From positions 120,576 to 184,575 of the forward strand of contig CAWAPG010000005.1 of the NCBI GenBank assembly GCA_963783905.1: a stretch of DNA of 64,000 bases, read 5' to 3'. The translations under genes and the position numbers were made by a program. A model generated the notes under the pieces. The model saw nothing but the letters and a program-made list of their open reading frames with translations, made no database searches and had not been told where the DNA came from. Numbering within the stretch: position 1 is the stretch's first letter; each line of letters starts with the position of its first letter. Below are positions 1 to 9,940 of this stretch, one piece after another. The DNA comes from an uncultured delta proteobacterium (GTDB taxonomy: Bacteria; Desulfobacterota; Desulfobulbia; Desulfobulbales; BM004).

Positions 1-93
1 TCGGGTTTTGTCAGGTTGAATTTCGGCTGCCGGCGGTCCCTCCTGCAGGAAGCCCTGCAGAGAATGAAACGGGCAATACGCAGTACTGGGTAA
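1..93 (+). CDS. C-terminus of a PatB/MalY-family PLP-dependent C-S lyase/aminotransferase (partial)
   Basis: Frame 1 reads SGFVRLNFGCRRSLLQEALQRMKRAIRSTG*, the typical MalY/PatB C-terminal motif. Confidence 0.7.
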   Translation, partial: SGFVRLNFGCRRSLLQEALQRMKRAIRSTG

Positions 94-228
94 TAGCTAA
101 TACCTGTCAAAAGGCCAAAATGCATAATACATACAGGCATATATTCATAATATTTTGTCCAAAGGATGGTCAATCACCTTCAGCCTGAGAATTTTATAAA
201 ACTACTCCAATACCGGGAAACATTCTTT

Positions 229-636
229 ATGCGTGAGAATCTTTATATTGCAACTTCCAGACGTGAAGAGCTGGTGGATATTACTGTCCCGGTGCAGGAG
301 GCGGTAAAACGCACCGGAATCGAGAATGGAGTGGCCGTACTCTATATCCAGGGAGCCACTGCCGCCCTGATGATCCAGGAAAACTGGGATGAAAGCGTGC
401 AGACCGATATGGTGAGCCTGTTGCGCGGGCTTATTCCCAGGGGGGTCTGGCTCCATGACCAACAGGACTCCAATGGCGATTCCCATCTGAAGGCCGGACT
501 GATCGGGCCCTCCGAAACAATTCCCATCATTGATTCCAGGCTTGGCCTGTCCCGCTGGCAGAATATCTTTCTCTGCGAATTTGATGGCCCCCGCCCGGAG
601 CGGATAGTGGTGTTTACGGTTATCAGGGATGAATAA
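229..636 (+). CDS. yjbQ: YjbQ/UPF0047 family protein (secondary thiamine-phosphate synthase)
   Basis: Motifs DIT...TAAL.IQEN, NGDSHLKA and LGLSRWQNIFLCEFDGPR; ATG at 229 preferred over 166. Confidence 0.9.
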   Translation: MRENLYIATSRREELVDITVPVQEAVKRTGIENGVAVLYIQGATAALMIQENWDESVQTDMVSLLRGLIPRGVWLHDQQDSNGDSHLKAGLIGPSETIPIIDSRLGLSRWQNIFLCEFDGPRPERIVVFTVIRDE

Positions 637-780
637 GGATTTGTCTGAAAAAACGACGAAGCACAACCTTTTCATTTTTCGGTTCAGGGGCCGCTACCCT
701 GCAGCAGGAGCGAACACCACCGTACAGTTCCTTTTGAAGTATTGCTGAAGGCTGACAGCTGCTCGAAGACAGCTGCCCAT

Positions 781-823
781 AAAAAAATGCGGACCGAAGA
801 TCCGAAGACCAACGGTCCGCATT
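781..823 (-). terminator. Intrinsic terminator downstream of the rhodanese selenoprotein gene
   Basis: 11-bp stem AATGCGGACCG/CGGTCCGCATT followed by a T-run on the minus strand. Confidence 0.6.
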
Positions 824-856
824 CGAGGGCAAGATGGACATTACCGGTTCCGGTAA

Positions 857-2212
857 TTATTTCTCCGATATATCAAAAGATCCGTCCCGGCCGACCTGGA
901 CGACGGCATCAAGATACCTTGCCTGGTAGCCGTTGTCCTGCAGGGTTTTTAGGGCCATGCCCGCCATGATTCCCGTATTGCAGTGAACGATATATTCCTT
1001 GTCCTTGGAAAAATTTCCCAGGTTGTCGGCAAGCTGGCCCAGGGGGATGTTGATCGCCCCCGGGATAGTGCCTTCGGCGCCGGAGTCACGGACGTCAAGG
1101 ATGATTTTGTCGGAAGGTCTGGCTGTTGCTATCTGCCTGAACTCTTCTACCGTGATTTGTCCCGGCTTGATTTTTTTGACATAGACAATCTCGGTGGCAG
1201 GTGCGCCGGGAAAGAACTTGCCGTTCCAGCTCTTGGCGCCGCCATGCAGAACCGAAGCATTCTTGTATCCCCAGCTGCGGACAAGATCAAATGCCTCCCG
1301 TGAGGCCTGGTCGGTATCATACAGGATAACGGGGGCTGATTTGTCCTTGGGAAATCCATTTTTGGCAGCTGCCAGCTCAGTTGCGGGAATAGAAACCGCA
1401 CCTTTGATATGGCCTGCGGCTGCCTCTTTTATCGAACGCAGATCGATTAGAACATATGAGTCATCCGCGTGAATCATTTTTTTAAGTCCGTTGGCCGGCA
1501 AGACAACGAGGTTGCCCGCCTTTTTCCAGCCGGGGAGTCCTGAAGAGAGAACCTTTACATTGGTGTAGCCGAGTTTTTCCGCCGCACGGGCAGAAAAAGG
1601 ACTCATGGTTCAGGTAGGGCCGCCGCAATAAAAAACAAGCAGCCTGTCTTTATCCTGCGGCAGGATGGTGGTGCAGTTTTCATCAAAACTGTCAAAGGGA
1701 AGGGAGATGGCGGTTGGAATGTGACCGCCGAGGTAAGCGCCGGTCGGCCTGGCATCGATCAGGGTATAGCCGCCTTTCTCCGGTCCCATGGAGATCAGTT
1801 TCAGTACGTCATCATTAGTGAACTTCTGTTCGGCCGACACCTTATATGGTTGTTTAACGGCTATTTCAGTGGCCAGCGGTTTTGATTCATCGCCGGCAAA
1901 GCTCACGAGAATCTCTTTGCCTTTGGGAATCTTGTTAATGCCATCTGCGGTGGAAATTTCTTCACCGTCAATCACACTGGTTTTACCGTCATATTTAACC
2001 ACCCAGACGAGACCGCCCACTTTGACTTGCAGGGTGCTGAATTCGGATGAAACCTTGCCGAGATTACCGCGAACGGCATCAGGCCGGGGAGCATGGCATT
2101 TCTGACATGGACCGCCCACGGTCGGTTTGCCCGCCTCTGAAACTCCGGCAGTGCAGAACAAGGCTGCAACAAGCCCTGCCAGAAGCAGCGATGTTTTATT
2201 CCTGATTAACAT
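857..2212 (-). CDS. Periplasmic c-type heme / triple-rhodanese selenoprotein (Sec at codon 201, UGA 1610-1612)
   Basis: ORFs 1610..2362 and 857..1606 are in frame across a single TGA (VFYCGGPT-U-TMSPFSA); RBS GAGGAGG before ATG 2212; signal peptide, CQKCH, three rhodanese domains; SECIS-like hairpin follows the UGA. Confidence 0.85.
1571..1604 (-). promoter_or_regulatory. Bacterial SECIS-like hairpin
   Basis: GAG-UCC-UUUUUCUGCC-[CGUGC]-GGCGGAAAAA-CUC: 10-bp upper stem with a G-containing loop 21 nt after the UGA. Confidence 0.75.
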
Positions 2213-2277
2213 TTTTTCCTCCTCACATCTGAAATTAACGATACAAAAGACTTGGTATAATTGGCTGCGGTCAGTAT

Positions 2278-2293
2278 AGCAAAAGTTGTGCCA
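2278..2293 (-). promoter_or_regulatory. Sigma-54 -24/-12 promoter
   Basis: TGGCACAACTTTTGCT matches TGGCAC-N5-TTGCW, about 65 bp upstream of the ATG. Confidence 0.8.
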
Positions 2294-2517
2294 GTTCATT
2301 ATGACAAACCGTTTTACAGTCTGGACAAAACCGGCACTATAAGGCAGGACGGAAGAATCCAAAGGAGAATTGGTGAGACTCCATTGTGGGTGGGGAAAAA
2401 ATATAGCGATCAGGAAAAATTATCTGATAACGGGTATTCTCCCGGGATAGCGTTTAGGGGAAAAAACACCGGTTGAATCGGGTTCGGAAGAAAAATTGGC
2501 GTTAATGTCTTAACAGA

Positions 2518-2538
2518 TTAACGTTAAGCTAACGTTAA
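2518..2538. promoter_or_regulatory. Palindrome, candidate activator-binding site
   Basis: TTAACGTTA-AGC-TAACGTTAA, flanked by further GTTAA/TTAAC half-sites, about 230 bp upstream of the sigma-54 promoter. Confidence 0.35.
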
Positions 2539-3042
2539 TTAACGGATCATATGTTGAGAGAGGACTGTTTTTTGCAGTGGAATGACGCCCTGTTTGGTAA
2601 AAGAAAAACGCTGGGCAAAAAGCCTGCTGCTTCCTACCAGAATTGATCCATGCATGGAAAAAACAACATCCGACTTATCGGGCAGTTTGTTAAAGAGCTG
2701 GATTAAGTCCCAATAAGCACTGGAGAGGCGCAATGTTACATGGCCGTATTCCTGGGCCGGAATTGTCCGGCTTATCCTGTTTTTCCCGGAAAAGACCCTG
2801 ATGCCTTCAAGGTCCAGGGTATAGTCCACACCCTGGATGGTAAGGGCTTTTTCATTCGGATTGAATATCCTGAGATCGGCCAGCAGATTGACATGGCTCA
2901 GGGTCACATCCTGGACGTCTACCCGCATGAGATTAACCTCAGGCGGCACAACCTGGACCGTACTGCACGAAGAGAGCACGACTGCAAAAAGAATTGCTGT
3001 CAATGCAAGGGAACAACTGGTCCTGAAAGACGGGCTGATCAT
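2539..3042 (-). CDS. LEA type 2 / WHy domain lipoprotein
   Basis: Lipobox LSSC; LRIFNPN..L.I.G.DY.L motif. Confidence 0.8.
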   Translation of the reverse strand: MISPSFRTSCSLALTAILFAVVLSSCSTVQVVPPEVNLMRVDVQDVTLSHVNLLADLRIFNPNEKALTIQGVDYTLDLEGIRVFSGKNRISRTIPAQEYGHVTLRLSSAYWDLIQLFNKLPDKSDVVFSMHGSILVGSSRLFAQRFSFTKQGVIPLQKTVLSQHMIR

Positions 3043-3458
3043 GGCTTAACTCCTGCAGCGGAAGTGATGGGAAGTGTTTTGCGTCGGGTCAGCTTTTTGA
3101 TAGATCTGTAGGGATAATGTAACAAAACTGCTAAAATGTAAAAAGATTAATGTGAAAACGGGAAAAATTTAAAAAATTTTCTGAGAAATAAAAGCTTGCA
3201 GTTCCCCCGTGCCGCTGGAATGGTATAAAAAATTGCGATGGAACCCGGAACGGCTGTACATTTCGATAAATGTTCAGGATGTGAAACGATCCTGCCGGGA
3301 TATTTTTTATCGAGACAAATTGATGCGAATAAAAAGAATGTTTATTAATGTTCTAGCTGCTATTCGAACCAAGGAATAAATTAACGCCTGTAAGCAACGA
3401 GTTTTTCCGAAAATATCAGAAGTCAGTGATTTCCCGAGGAGGAAATTTGGAAAGAAAA

Positions 3459-3815
3459 ATGTCTGAAAGTAAACAGAGGACGAAAGAAAGGGCGCCTGTT
3501 AATTTCCAGGTTGATTATATCCATGATGGTGATTATGCCCTTTCCTTCAGTAAGAACATATCATTCGGCGGCATGTTTCTGTGTACGCAGAAACCGCCGG
3601 AGCCGGGATGCAAAGTAAAACTTATATTTCCTTTGGAAGGATATTATCAGGCGGAGGTCATGGCACTCGTCGTCTGGATCAACCGGTCGACGAAGGGCGG
3701 GGAATCAGGCATGGGTGTCCAGTTTTTAAGCCCGCTTTCATCCCATCTGAAGGAGAACATTATGAAAGATATTAAGCGGGTTGAAATTCTTAAAGAGCAT
3801 GAAGGTTTTGCCTGA
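3459..3815 (+). CDS. Single-domain PilZ protein
   Basis: RxxxR (QRTKER), NISFGGMF, VVW...GMGVQF. Confidence 0.85.
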   Translation: MSESKQRTKERAPVNFQVDYIHDGDYALSFSKNISFGGMFLCTQKPPEPGCKVKLIFPLEGYYQAEVMALVVWINRSTKGGESGMGVQFLSPLSSHLKENIMKDIKRVEILKEHEGFA

Positions 3816-3894
3816 ATATCCCGGAGGGGCGCGAGAGAAAAACATTTTTCCGTTTCCGGCCCATCCAGCTTCTGAAAATATTCTTTCCTGATAC

Positions 3895-4806
3895 ATGCAA
3901 AATTCAGTTACCACGAGTATAGATGCCGAGTCCTGTATCGGCTGCGGACTCTGCGTTGCAGTCTGCCCTGCCGGGACGATTTCCATGCAGGATGGCAAGG
4001 CGGTGGTTACCGGCACCCATTCCCTGGCCTGCGGTCACTGTGAAGCGGTCTGTCCGGCATCGGCCATACGGGTTGAGGTCTTGGAACGTCCTTTTACCCT
4101 GGCCACTGTTGCGGTGGATGACCGCTGGCTGGGGCACGGTGAGTTTGATCCCGCCCTGCTTGTACGATTGATGCGGTCAAGACGTTCCTGCCGTAATTAT
4201 ACAGACAGGGAGATTGACCGCACGGTCCTGGAAGATCTGGTCAAAATAGGTGCCACTGCACCATCCGGCACCAACTCACAACTATGGACCTTTACCATTC
4301 TGGCCAGCCGCAGGGAAGTTGTGCGTCTCGGGGAACAGGTGGCCCGGTTTTTTCATAAATTAAACAGGATGGCCGCCAAACCATGGCTGCGGCTTTTATC
4401 AAAACTGTTTGCCGGTGGTACCCTGGACCATTATTACCGACGCTATTTTGCAACTGTGCGAGAAGGGCTCCTGCTCTGGGAAGGGGAAGGGGCGGATACG
4501 CTTTTTCATGGTGCTGCTGCAGCTATCCTGATCGGTGGTAAAAAATCCGCCGGTTCACCGTTGGAGGATGCACTTCTGGCAAGTCAGAATATTCTTTTGG
4601 CGGCGCACAGCCTCGGTCTGGGATCCTGCATGATAGGATTTGCGGTTGAAGCTATAAAAAGGGACAAACAGATAAAAAAGATATTGCAGATGCAGGAGGA
4701 TGAATCTGTTTATGCCGTCATCGCCCTGGGGTATCCGGCTGAGAAATACCGGCAAACAGCCCGCAGAAAAAAGATTATCCCCCGTTATCCGTTGCACATG
4801 AAATGA
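3895..4806 (+). CDS. Nitroreductase family protein with N-terminal 2x[4Fe-4S] ferredoxin domain
   Basis: CIGCGLCVAVCP and ACGHCEAVCP; RRSCRNY, APSGTNSQ, GLGSCMIG. Confidence 0.9.
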   Translation: MQNSVTTSIDAESCIGCGLCVAVCPAGTISMQDGKAVVTGTHSLACGHCEAVCPASAIRVEVLERPFTLATVAVDDRWLGHGEFDPALLVRLMRSRRSCRNYTDREIDRTVLEDLVKIGATAPSGTNSQLWTFTILASRREVVRLGEQVARFFHKLNRMAAKPWLRLLSKLFAGGTLDHYYRRYFATVREGLLLWEGEGADTLFHGAAAAILIGGKKSAGSPLEDALLASQNILLAAHSLGLGSCMIGFAVEAIKRDKQIKKILQMQEDESVYAVIALGYPAEKYRQTARRKKIIPRYPLHMK

Positions 4807-6593
4807 AAATGCGACCAGCCAATACACCAGAATCGGGCCCGGTGCTGGAAAATTCCTGGAAGTCAGTCCGGCTGATCCTGCCTTTTTTCCGGCAGTATCG
4901 CATGCGGCTCTTTATCGGTTTTTTGTCTCTGCTGGTGGTCAACGGGCTGCAACTGGTGATTCCCAGGATCATCAAACATGCGGTGGATGGTCTGCAGAAT
5001 GAAGGGATATCATCAGCGACCCTTCTGCACTACGGCATCCTGATAGTAATCCTTGCCCTCACTATCGCCCTGTTTCGTTTCGGCTGGCGCTACATGATAC
5101 TGGGTTTTTCCCGCCACCTGGAAAAGGACCTGCGGAACTGGCTTTTTTCCCACCTCCTGACCCTGGACCGCATGTATTTTCAGCGCAGCACCACCGGGGA
5201 AATTATGGCCCTGGCAACCAATGATCTGGCGGCTGTTCAACTCGCCGGCGGCATGGGCCTGGTGGCCTTTGCCGATGCCCTTGTCCTCTCGCTTGCCGCT
5301 TTTTCCTTCATGGCATATATCCATCCGGGCCTGACACTCATCGTCATCGTGCCCATGCCCCTGCTCGCTCTGCTCACCCGGTTCCTTTCCGGCCGGCTGC
5401 ATCGGCATTTTAAAAAGGTACAGGAACAGTTTTCCAGGCTGACGGAGTTTTCCAGAATGTCGATTAATTCCATCCGCATAATCAAGGCATATACCCTGGA
5501 AAAAAAGGAGACGGAAAGGTTTGAAATAATGGGGCGTGAATATGTCCAGGACAACCTGCGTCTTGCCAAGGTGCAGGGAACCCTGTTCCCGGTTTCCGGA
5601 CTGATAGCGAATACCAGCATGCTTCTGGTTCTTTTGTTCGGCGGCCGTTTGACGATTCAGGGCAGTATCACCATCGGTGATTTTGTCGCCTTCACCTCGT
5701 ACCTGTTCATGCTGACCTGGCCGATGATGGCATTGGGATGGGTGACAAATCTATTCCAGCGGGGGGTTACATCCCTGCAGCGGATTCAGAATGTCCTGGA
5801 TGAACGCCCGGTTATAGTTTCACCCGTACGACCCCATCCTGTCCCCGAAAAGGTGGATACCATTACCGTAAAAAACCTTACATTTTCCTATCCCAACCAG
5901 AGTGAGCCGGTTCTGCGGAACGTATCCCTTGAGATTCAGCGGGGAATTCTTGGAATTGTCGGCAGGACCGGATCCGGCAAAACAACGCTTACCCATCTTC
6001 TGGCCAGGCTCTATCCGATTGACAAGGGCACCATCTACTGGGATGGCATTGATGTCAACCGGTTCGACCTTGGCGAAGTGCGCCGAAAAATTGCGCTGGT
6101 GCCGCAGGATATCACGGTATTCTCAGATACTGTCAGGGCTAATATTACCATGGGCAAACCAGGGGCTGCCCGGGAGGAGGTCGAGGCGGTTGCGGAAGCC
6201 GCTGCTATTCATGCGGAGATTCTCGAATTGCCGCAAGGGTATGATACCAGGATCGGCGAGAAAGGCATAAAACTTTCAGGCGGTCAGCGGCAGCGAATAG
6301 CCCTTGCCAGGGCCCTGCTGTCTGACAGGCCGGTTCTTATTATAGACGATGGTCTGTCCGCGGTGGATATCGAAACAGAGCATGAAATTATTGGCGCCAT
6401 GCGTCCTTTTATCAGGGACAGGATCTGTATTGTGGTTTCACACCGCCTTGCACCGTTGGTTCAGGCAGACAGGCTTGTGGTCATGGACAGGGGGAAAATC
6501 ATAGCCCAGGGGAATCACGAATATCTGCTGCAGTCAAATAAATTTTACGCCACTATTTACGAATACCAGACGAGCAGGACGGGAAAAAAATGA
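4803..6593 (+). CDS. ABC exporter fused permease/ATPase (heterodimer subunit 1, MdlA/YheI-like)
   Basis: TMD plus GRTGSGKT and LSGGQRQR; degenerate Walker B IIDD. Confidence 0.9.
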   Translation: MKMRPANTPESGPVLENSWKSVRLILPFFRQYRMRLFIGFLSLLVVNGLQLVIPRIIKHAVDGLQNEGISSATLLHYGILIVILALTIALFRFGWRYMILGFSRHLEKDLRNWLFSHLLTLDRMYFQRSTTGEIMALATNDLAAVQLAGGMGLVAFADALVLSLAAFSFMAYIHPGLTLIVIVPMPLLALLTRFLSGRLHRHFKKVQEQFSRLTEFSRMSINSIRIIKAYTLEKKETERFEIMGREYVQDNLRLAKVQGTLFPVSGLIANTSMLLVLLFGGRLTIQGSITIGDFVAFTSYLFMLTWPMMALGWVTNLFQRGVTSLQRIQNVLDERPVIVSPVRPHPVPEKVDTITVKNLTFSYPNQSEPVLRNVSLEIQRGILGIVGRTGSGKTTLTHLLARLYPIDKGTIYWDGIDVNRFDLGEVRRKIALVPQDITVFSDTVRANITMGKPGAAREEVEAVAEAAAIHAEILELPQGYDTRIGEKGIKLSGGQRQRIALARALLSDRPVLIIDDGLSAVDIETEHEIIGAMRPFIRDRICIVVSHRLAPLVQADRLVVMDRGKIIAQGNHEYLLQSNKFYATIYEYQTSRTGKK

Positions 6594-6696
6594 AATATCA
6601 GGCAGCAGCCATCTATCAGCCTGCAGCAGGCCACGATCAGTCCGTTGTTTTTCACATCAACCCTCAACCTACAACCTACAACCTGTAAGAGAAAAC

Positions 6697-8517
6697 ATGC
6701 GATACGGATACGGCTATTTTGAGGAAGATAAACTGGGAGATGTCGCTGACTTCAATCTCTGGCAGCGGATCCTGGGATATGCCGCACATTACTGGCAGGG
6801 TTTGCTCCTGGCCGTTTTTCTTTCCCTTGCAGTAATCGGTTCCAGCCTGCTGTTGCCGTATCTTATCAGGCTGGGGGTGGACAACTATATCATCAATACC
6901 AAAATATCCGTAGCCGAGCGTTTTTCCGGACTGACAGTGTTGGCACTAATTTTTGGCGGTGCAGTCGTTGCAGGGTTCATCGCCAATTATTTTCAGGTCA
7001 CTGTCCTGGAATGGACCGGGCAGAATATTATGCACAGGCTGCGCCAGCGTATTTACAAACATATGCTGCGGCTTGACCTGGCATTTTTTAATGAGAATCC
7101 CAGCGGCAAGCTGGTAACCAGGCTGACCAACGATGTGCAGAACATGTACGAAATGTTCACCTCTGTCATTATTACTCTTTTCAATGACGCCTTACGGATT
7201 TTAGGCATCCTGGCCCTGCTTTTCTGGCTGAACTGGCGACTGGCACTGCTGATAAGCGTTCTGCTGCCCATGATCATTGCCGCCACTCTCTGGTTCAGTA
7301 AAATGGCCCGCAATATCTTCCGGGAGATAAGGACAAATCTGGCCAAGATTAATGCCTACCTGCAGGAGGCGGTTTCAGGAATCAGTCTAATTCAGCTGTT
7401 TCAGAGAGAAAAGGACACGGAAGATAATTTTATCAACCTGAATCTGGCATATTTTTCATCCACCCTGCAGCAGATAAAGATATTCGGCATCTTCATGCCC
7501 CTGCTTGATATCCTGTCGTCAACGGCAACAGGCATCATTATCTGGTACGGGGGCATCCTCATTCTCAAGGGCGAAATGACCATCGGCATTCTTGTCGCCT
7601 TTCTCTCCTATATACGACTTTTCTTCCAGCCGCTCCGGGAGCTGTCCCAGAAATATTCCATCGTCCAGTCGGCCATGGCTTCGGCCGAGAGAATTTTCCA
7701 GCTCCTGGACACAAGAAGCGGGCTGCCGCTGCTGCCGCAACCCCTTGGCATACAAACAGTAAGCGGCAGTATTGAATTCAGCAATGTGACCTTTGGATAC
7801 GATCCAAATAAACCGGTCATCCATAACCTGTCCATGAAGGTGGAGCCCGGCGAAACCGTAGCAATCGTCGGGGCCACCGGTTCGGGAAAATCGACGCTGG
7901 TCAACCTTTTGGAACGCATGTATGATCCCGACCAGGGTAAAATCATGCTTGACGGTCATGATCTGCGTGATCTTGATCTGGAATGGCTGCGCAATACAGT
8001 GGGGCTCGTCATGCAGGAGATATATTTGATTCCAGGTACCATAAAGGAAAATATTCTCCTGAATACCGAAATGAAAGAAAAGGACCTGGCGAATATACTG
8101 AACCTGGCCCAACTGGATGATCTCATCAGCCGTCTGCCCCAGGGTATTGATACCAAAATCGGGGAAGGCAATCTCGATCTTTCAGCGGGACAGCGGCAGC
8201 TTCTGGCCATGGCGAGGGTTATGGTGCGCGACCCGGAGGTCCTGGTACTGGATGAGGCCACGGCCAATGTGGATTCGGAAACGGAAATACTGGTTGAACG
8301 GGCCATTGATGCAACCCTGTCCCAAAGGACAAGCATCGTTATTGCCCACCGGCTGTCAACCATCCGCCGGGCGGACAGGATCATTGTCATGGGTGCGGGA
8401 CAGATTGTCGAAGAGGGCACCCATGACAAGCTTATGGCAGATAAGGGTTTTTATCACCGGCTGCAGAATCTGCAATACATTGACTGGAACCGGAGCAACA
8501 AAACCCGGCTCGAATAA
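6697..8517 (+). CDS. ABC exporter fused permease/ATPase (heterodimer subunit 2, MdlB/YheH-like)
   Basis: TMD plus GATGSGKS, LSAGQRQ, LDEAT. Confidence 0.9.
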   Translation: MRYGYGYFEEDKLGDVADFNLWQRILGYAAHYWQGLLLAVFLSLAVIGSSLLLPYLIRLGVDNYIINTKISVAERFSGLTVLALIFGGAVVAGFIANYFQVTVLEWTGQNIMHRLRQRIYKHMLRLDLAFFNENPSGKLVTRLTNDVQNMYEMFTSVIITLFNDALRILGILALLFWLNWRLALLISVLLPMIIAATLWFSKMARNIFREIRTNLAKINAYLQEAVSGISLIQLFQREKDTEDNFINLNLAYFSSTLQQIKIFGIFMPLLDILSSTATGIIIWYGGILILKGEMTIGILVAFLSYIRLFFQPLRELSQKYSIVQSAMASAERIFQLLDTRSGLPLLPQPLGIQTVSGSIEFSNVTFGYDPNKPVIHNLSMKVEPGETVAIVGATGSGKSTLVNLLERMYDPDQGKIMLDGHDLRDLDLEWLRNTVGLVMQEIYLIPGTIKENILLNTEMKEKDLANILNLAQLDDLISRLPQGIDTKIGEGNLDLSAGQRQLLAMARVMVRDPEVLVLDEATANVDSETEILVERAIDATLSQRTSIVIAHRLSTIRRADRIIVMGAGQIVEEGTHDKLMADKGFYHRLQNLQYIDWNRSNKTRLE

Positions 8518-8588
8518 TTCCGGCGCAATTCCTGGGGAATAACCTGTTTGACTGATTTTCAATTGATAAGGTTGGGTGAATTTCCGAT

Positions 8589-9359
8589 TTAGATGTCCGG
8601 ATAATCGACCTGAACAACGGCTTTAAGAACCTGCCGGATAAATGCGGCTATTTTCTCCTGGTGGGAGCCGGGCCAGTAAATTCTTTTGCAGCGCCCGCAG
8701 ATATGAAAAGAATGGTAATATTTTATGGTCAACGGTTCCAGACGGTCCAGAATGATTGACTTGTCGATCGGCACCAGCAGGCCGTTGCATGGAATACACC
8801 TGCTTAACGGTTTTATCCGGCTGCCGAGATCGTAGAGACGCACTATTTCAACGAGCTGTTGAAATGGATCCACCTCTCTGGGCAGATAGCCGTGCATGAC
8901 GATTTTTCTTTTTAACAGGGACCTATCCCGGGTCAGAAGGATACGTTTCTGCAGGCGAGAGATTTCAGCCAGCTCAAAATCCTTGCAATTACTGCCATAT
9001 ACGGTGTCAAACCCGAGGGTCCTGAGATGTAATGCCAGTTTCCCGACATTGACATCAACGACAAAAGCGATCCGGTCCAGGGCTTCCGGCCGCAGAATGG
9101 TTGAAACAAAGGGGTTGACCGGAGGAGTCGGGGGAATTGCCTCCACCCTGTCCTGATCCTGCAGAATATAATCAAAGCCGACTTCTCTGCCGTTCACCCA
9201 TAATTTGTCGATAAGCGGGTGCGGGATGCCAAGGGATTCAATGACATCTTTCAGGGAAGCCCTGCGGTCAAAATGGTGCCAAAAGGATGGCGCAGCACCC
9301 TGCTCTTTTTTTAGCATCTCACTGAGATAATTGCGGAAAATGAATTTGGCGGTGGTCAT
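8589..9359 (-). CDS. Mut7-C RNase domain protein with N-terminal ubiquitin-like domain
   Basis: KDVIESLGIPH, DVNVGKLA..LR.LGFDT, LLTRD, RCIPCNG...CGRCKRIYWPGSH. Confidence 0.9.
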   Translation of the reverse strand: MTTAKFIFRNYLSEMLKKEQGAAPSFWHHFDRRASLKDVIESLGIPHPLIDKLWVNGREVGFDYILQDQDRVEAIPPTPPVNPFVSTILRPEALDRIAFVVDVNVGKLALHLRTLGFDTVYGSNCKDFELAEISRLQKRILLTRDRSLLKRKIVMHGYLPREVDPFQQLVEIVRLYDLGSRIKPLSRCIPCNGLLVPIDKSIILDRLEPLTIKYYHSFHICGRCKRIYWPGSHQEKIAAFIRQVLKAVVQVDYPDI

Positions 9360-9533
9360 TTGCAAAAACAAGAAATATTCCTGATAAACTGCTTGCTATT
9401 ATCTGAAAAACTTAATAGTTACTTACCAATTCCAAAAACTTTTGGATGTTTTCCCCAAAATAAAAAAGCAAATTACCAACAGTACCAAGTGCGTTTTCAA
9501 GTTCCAAAAGACCTTGACATTTGGTGAAAGAAA

Positions 9534-9890
9534 ATGGCAACCAGCGACAGACGAATCATCCAGCGTTTCCCTGTTGACTTCAGAGTGGACTATATCCAAG
9601 CCGGAGACTACATGATTTCCTGCAGCAAGGATATTTGCATGGATGGCATGTTCATTAATACCAAATCTCCCGCCCCGGTGGGTACTCACGTTAATCTGAT
9701 ATTTCCGGCCGAGGGCAACCATGAAGTGGAGGTTACAGCACTCGTTGTCTGGAACAGGGAAAAAAGCAGCTACCAGAAACCGGGAATGGGCGTCCAGTTT
9801 CTCACTCCTCTGCCACAGACCGTTAAAAAGAATTTTCTTAAATACATTGACCGGATAGTGATTCTGAGTGGGAAGGGGATTTCCGCTTAA
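9534..9890 (+). CDS. Single-domain PilZ protein (paralog of 3459..3815)
   Basis: RRIIQR, DICMDGMF, VVW...GMGVQF. Confidence 0.85.
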   Translation: MATSDRRIIQRFPVDFRVDYIQAGDYMISCSKDICMDGMFINTKSPAPVGTHVNLIFPAEGNHEVEVTALVVWNREKSSYQKPGMGVQFLTPLPQTVKKNFLKYIDRIVILSGKGISA

Positions 9891-9940
9891 AAAACAGATG
9901 CAATAATCCTTGTGTCTCTTTTGGGCAAGCCGGAAGGTTC

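Noticed and set aside
840-857. ATTACC-N6-GGTAAT as a fourth operator copy
   Set aside because: Different spacer and ends; lies at a gene 3' end
857-1606. Stand-alone 249-aa rhodanese ORF starting MSPF
   Set aside because: No RBS and begins mid-domain; better explained as the read-through part of the selenoprotein
857-2212. Rhodanese as EanB-type ergothioneine sulfurtransferase
   Set aside because: Exported, heme-bearing and 43 kb from egtD; the MES-like fusion already provides the sulfurisation step
3221-3236. TGGTAT...TTGC as a sigma-54 promoter for the PilZ gene
   Set aside because: GG-to-GC spacing is one base too long
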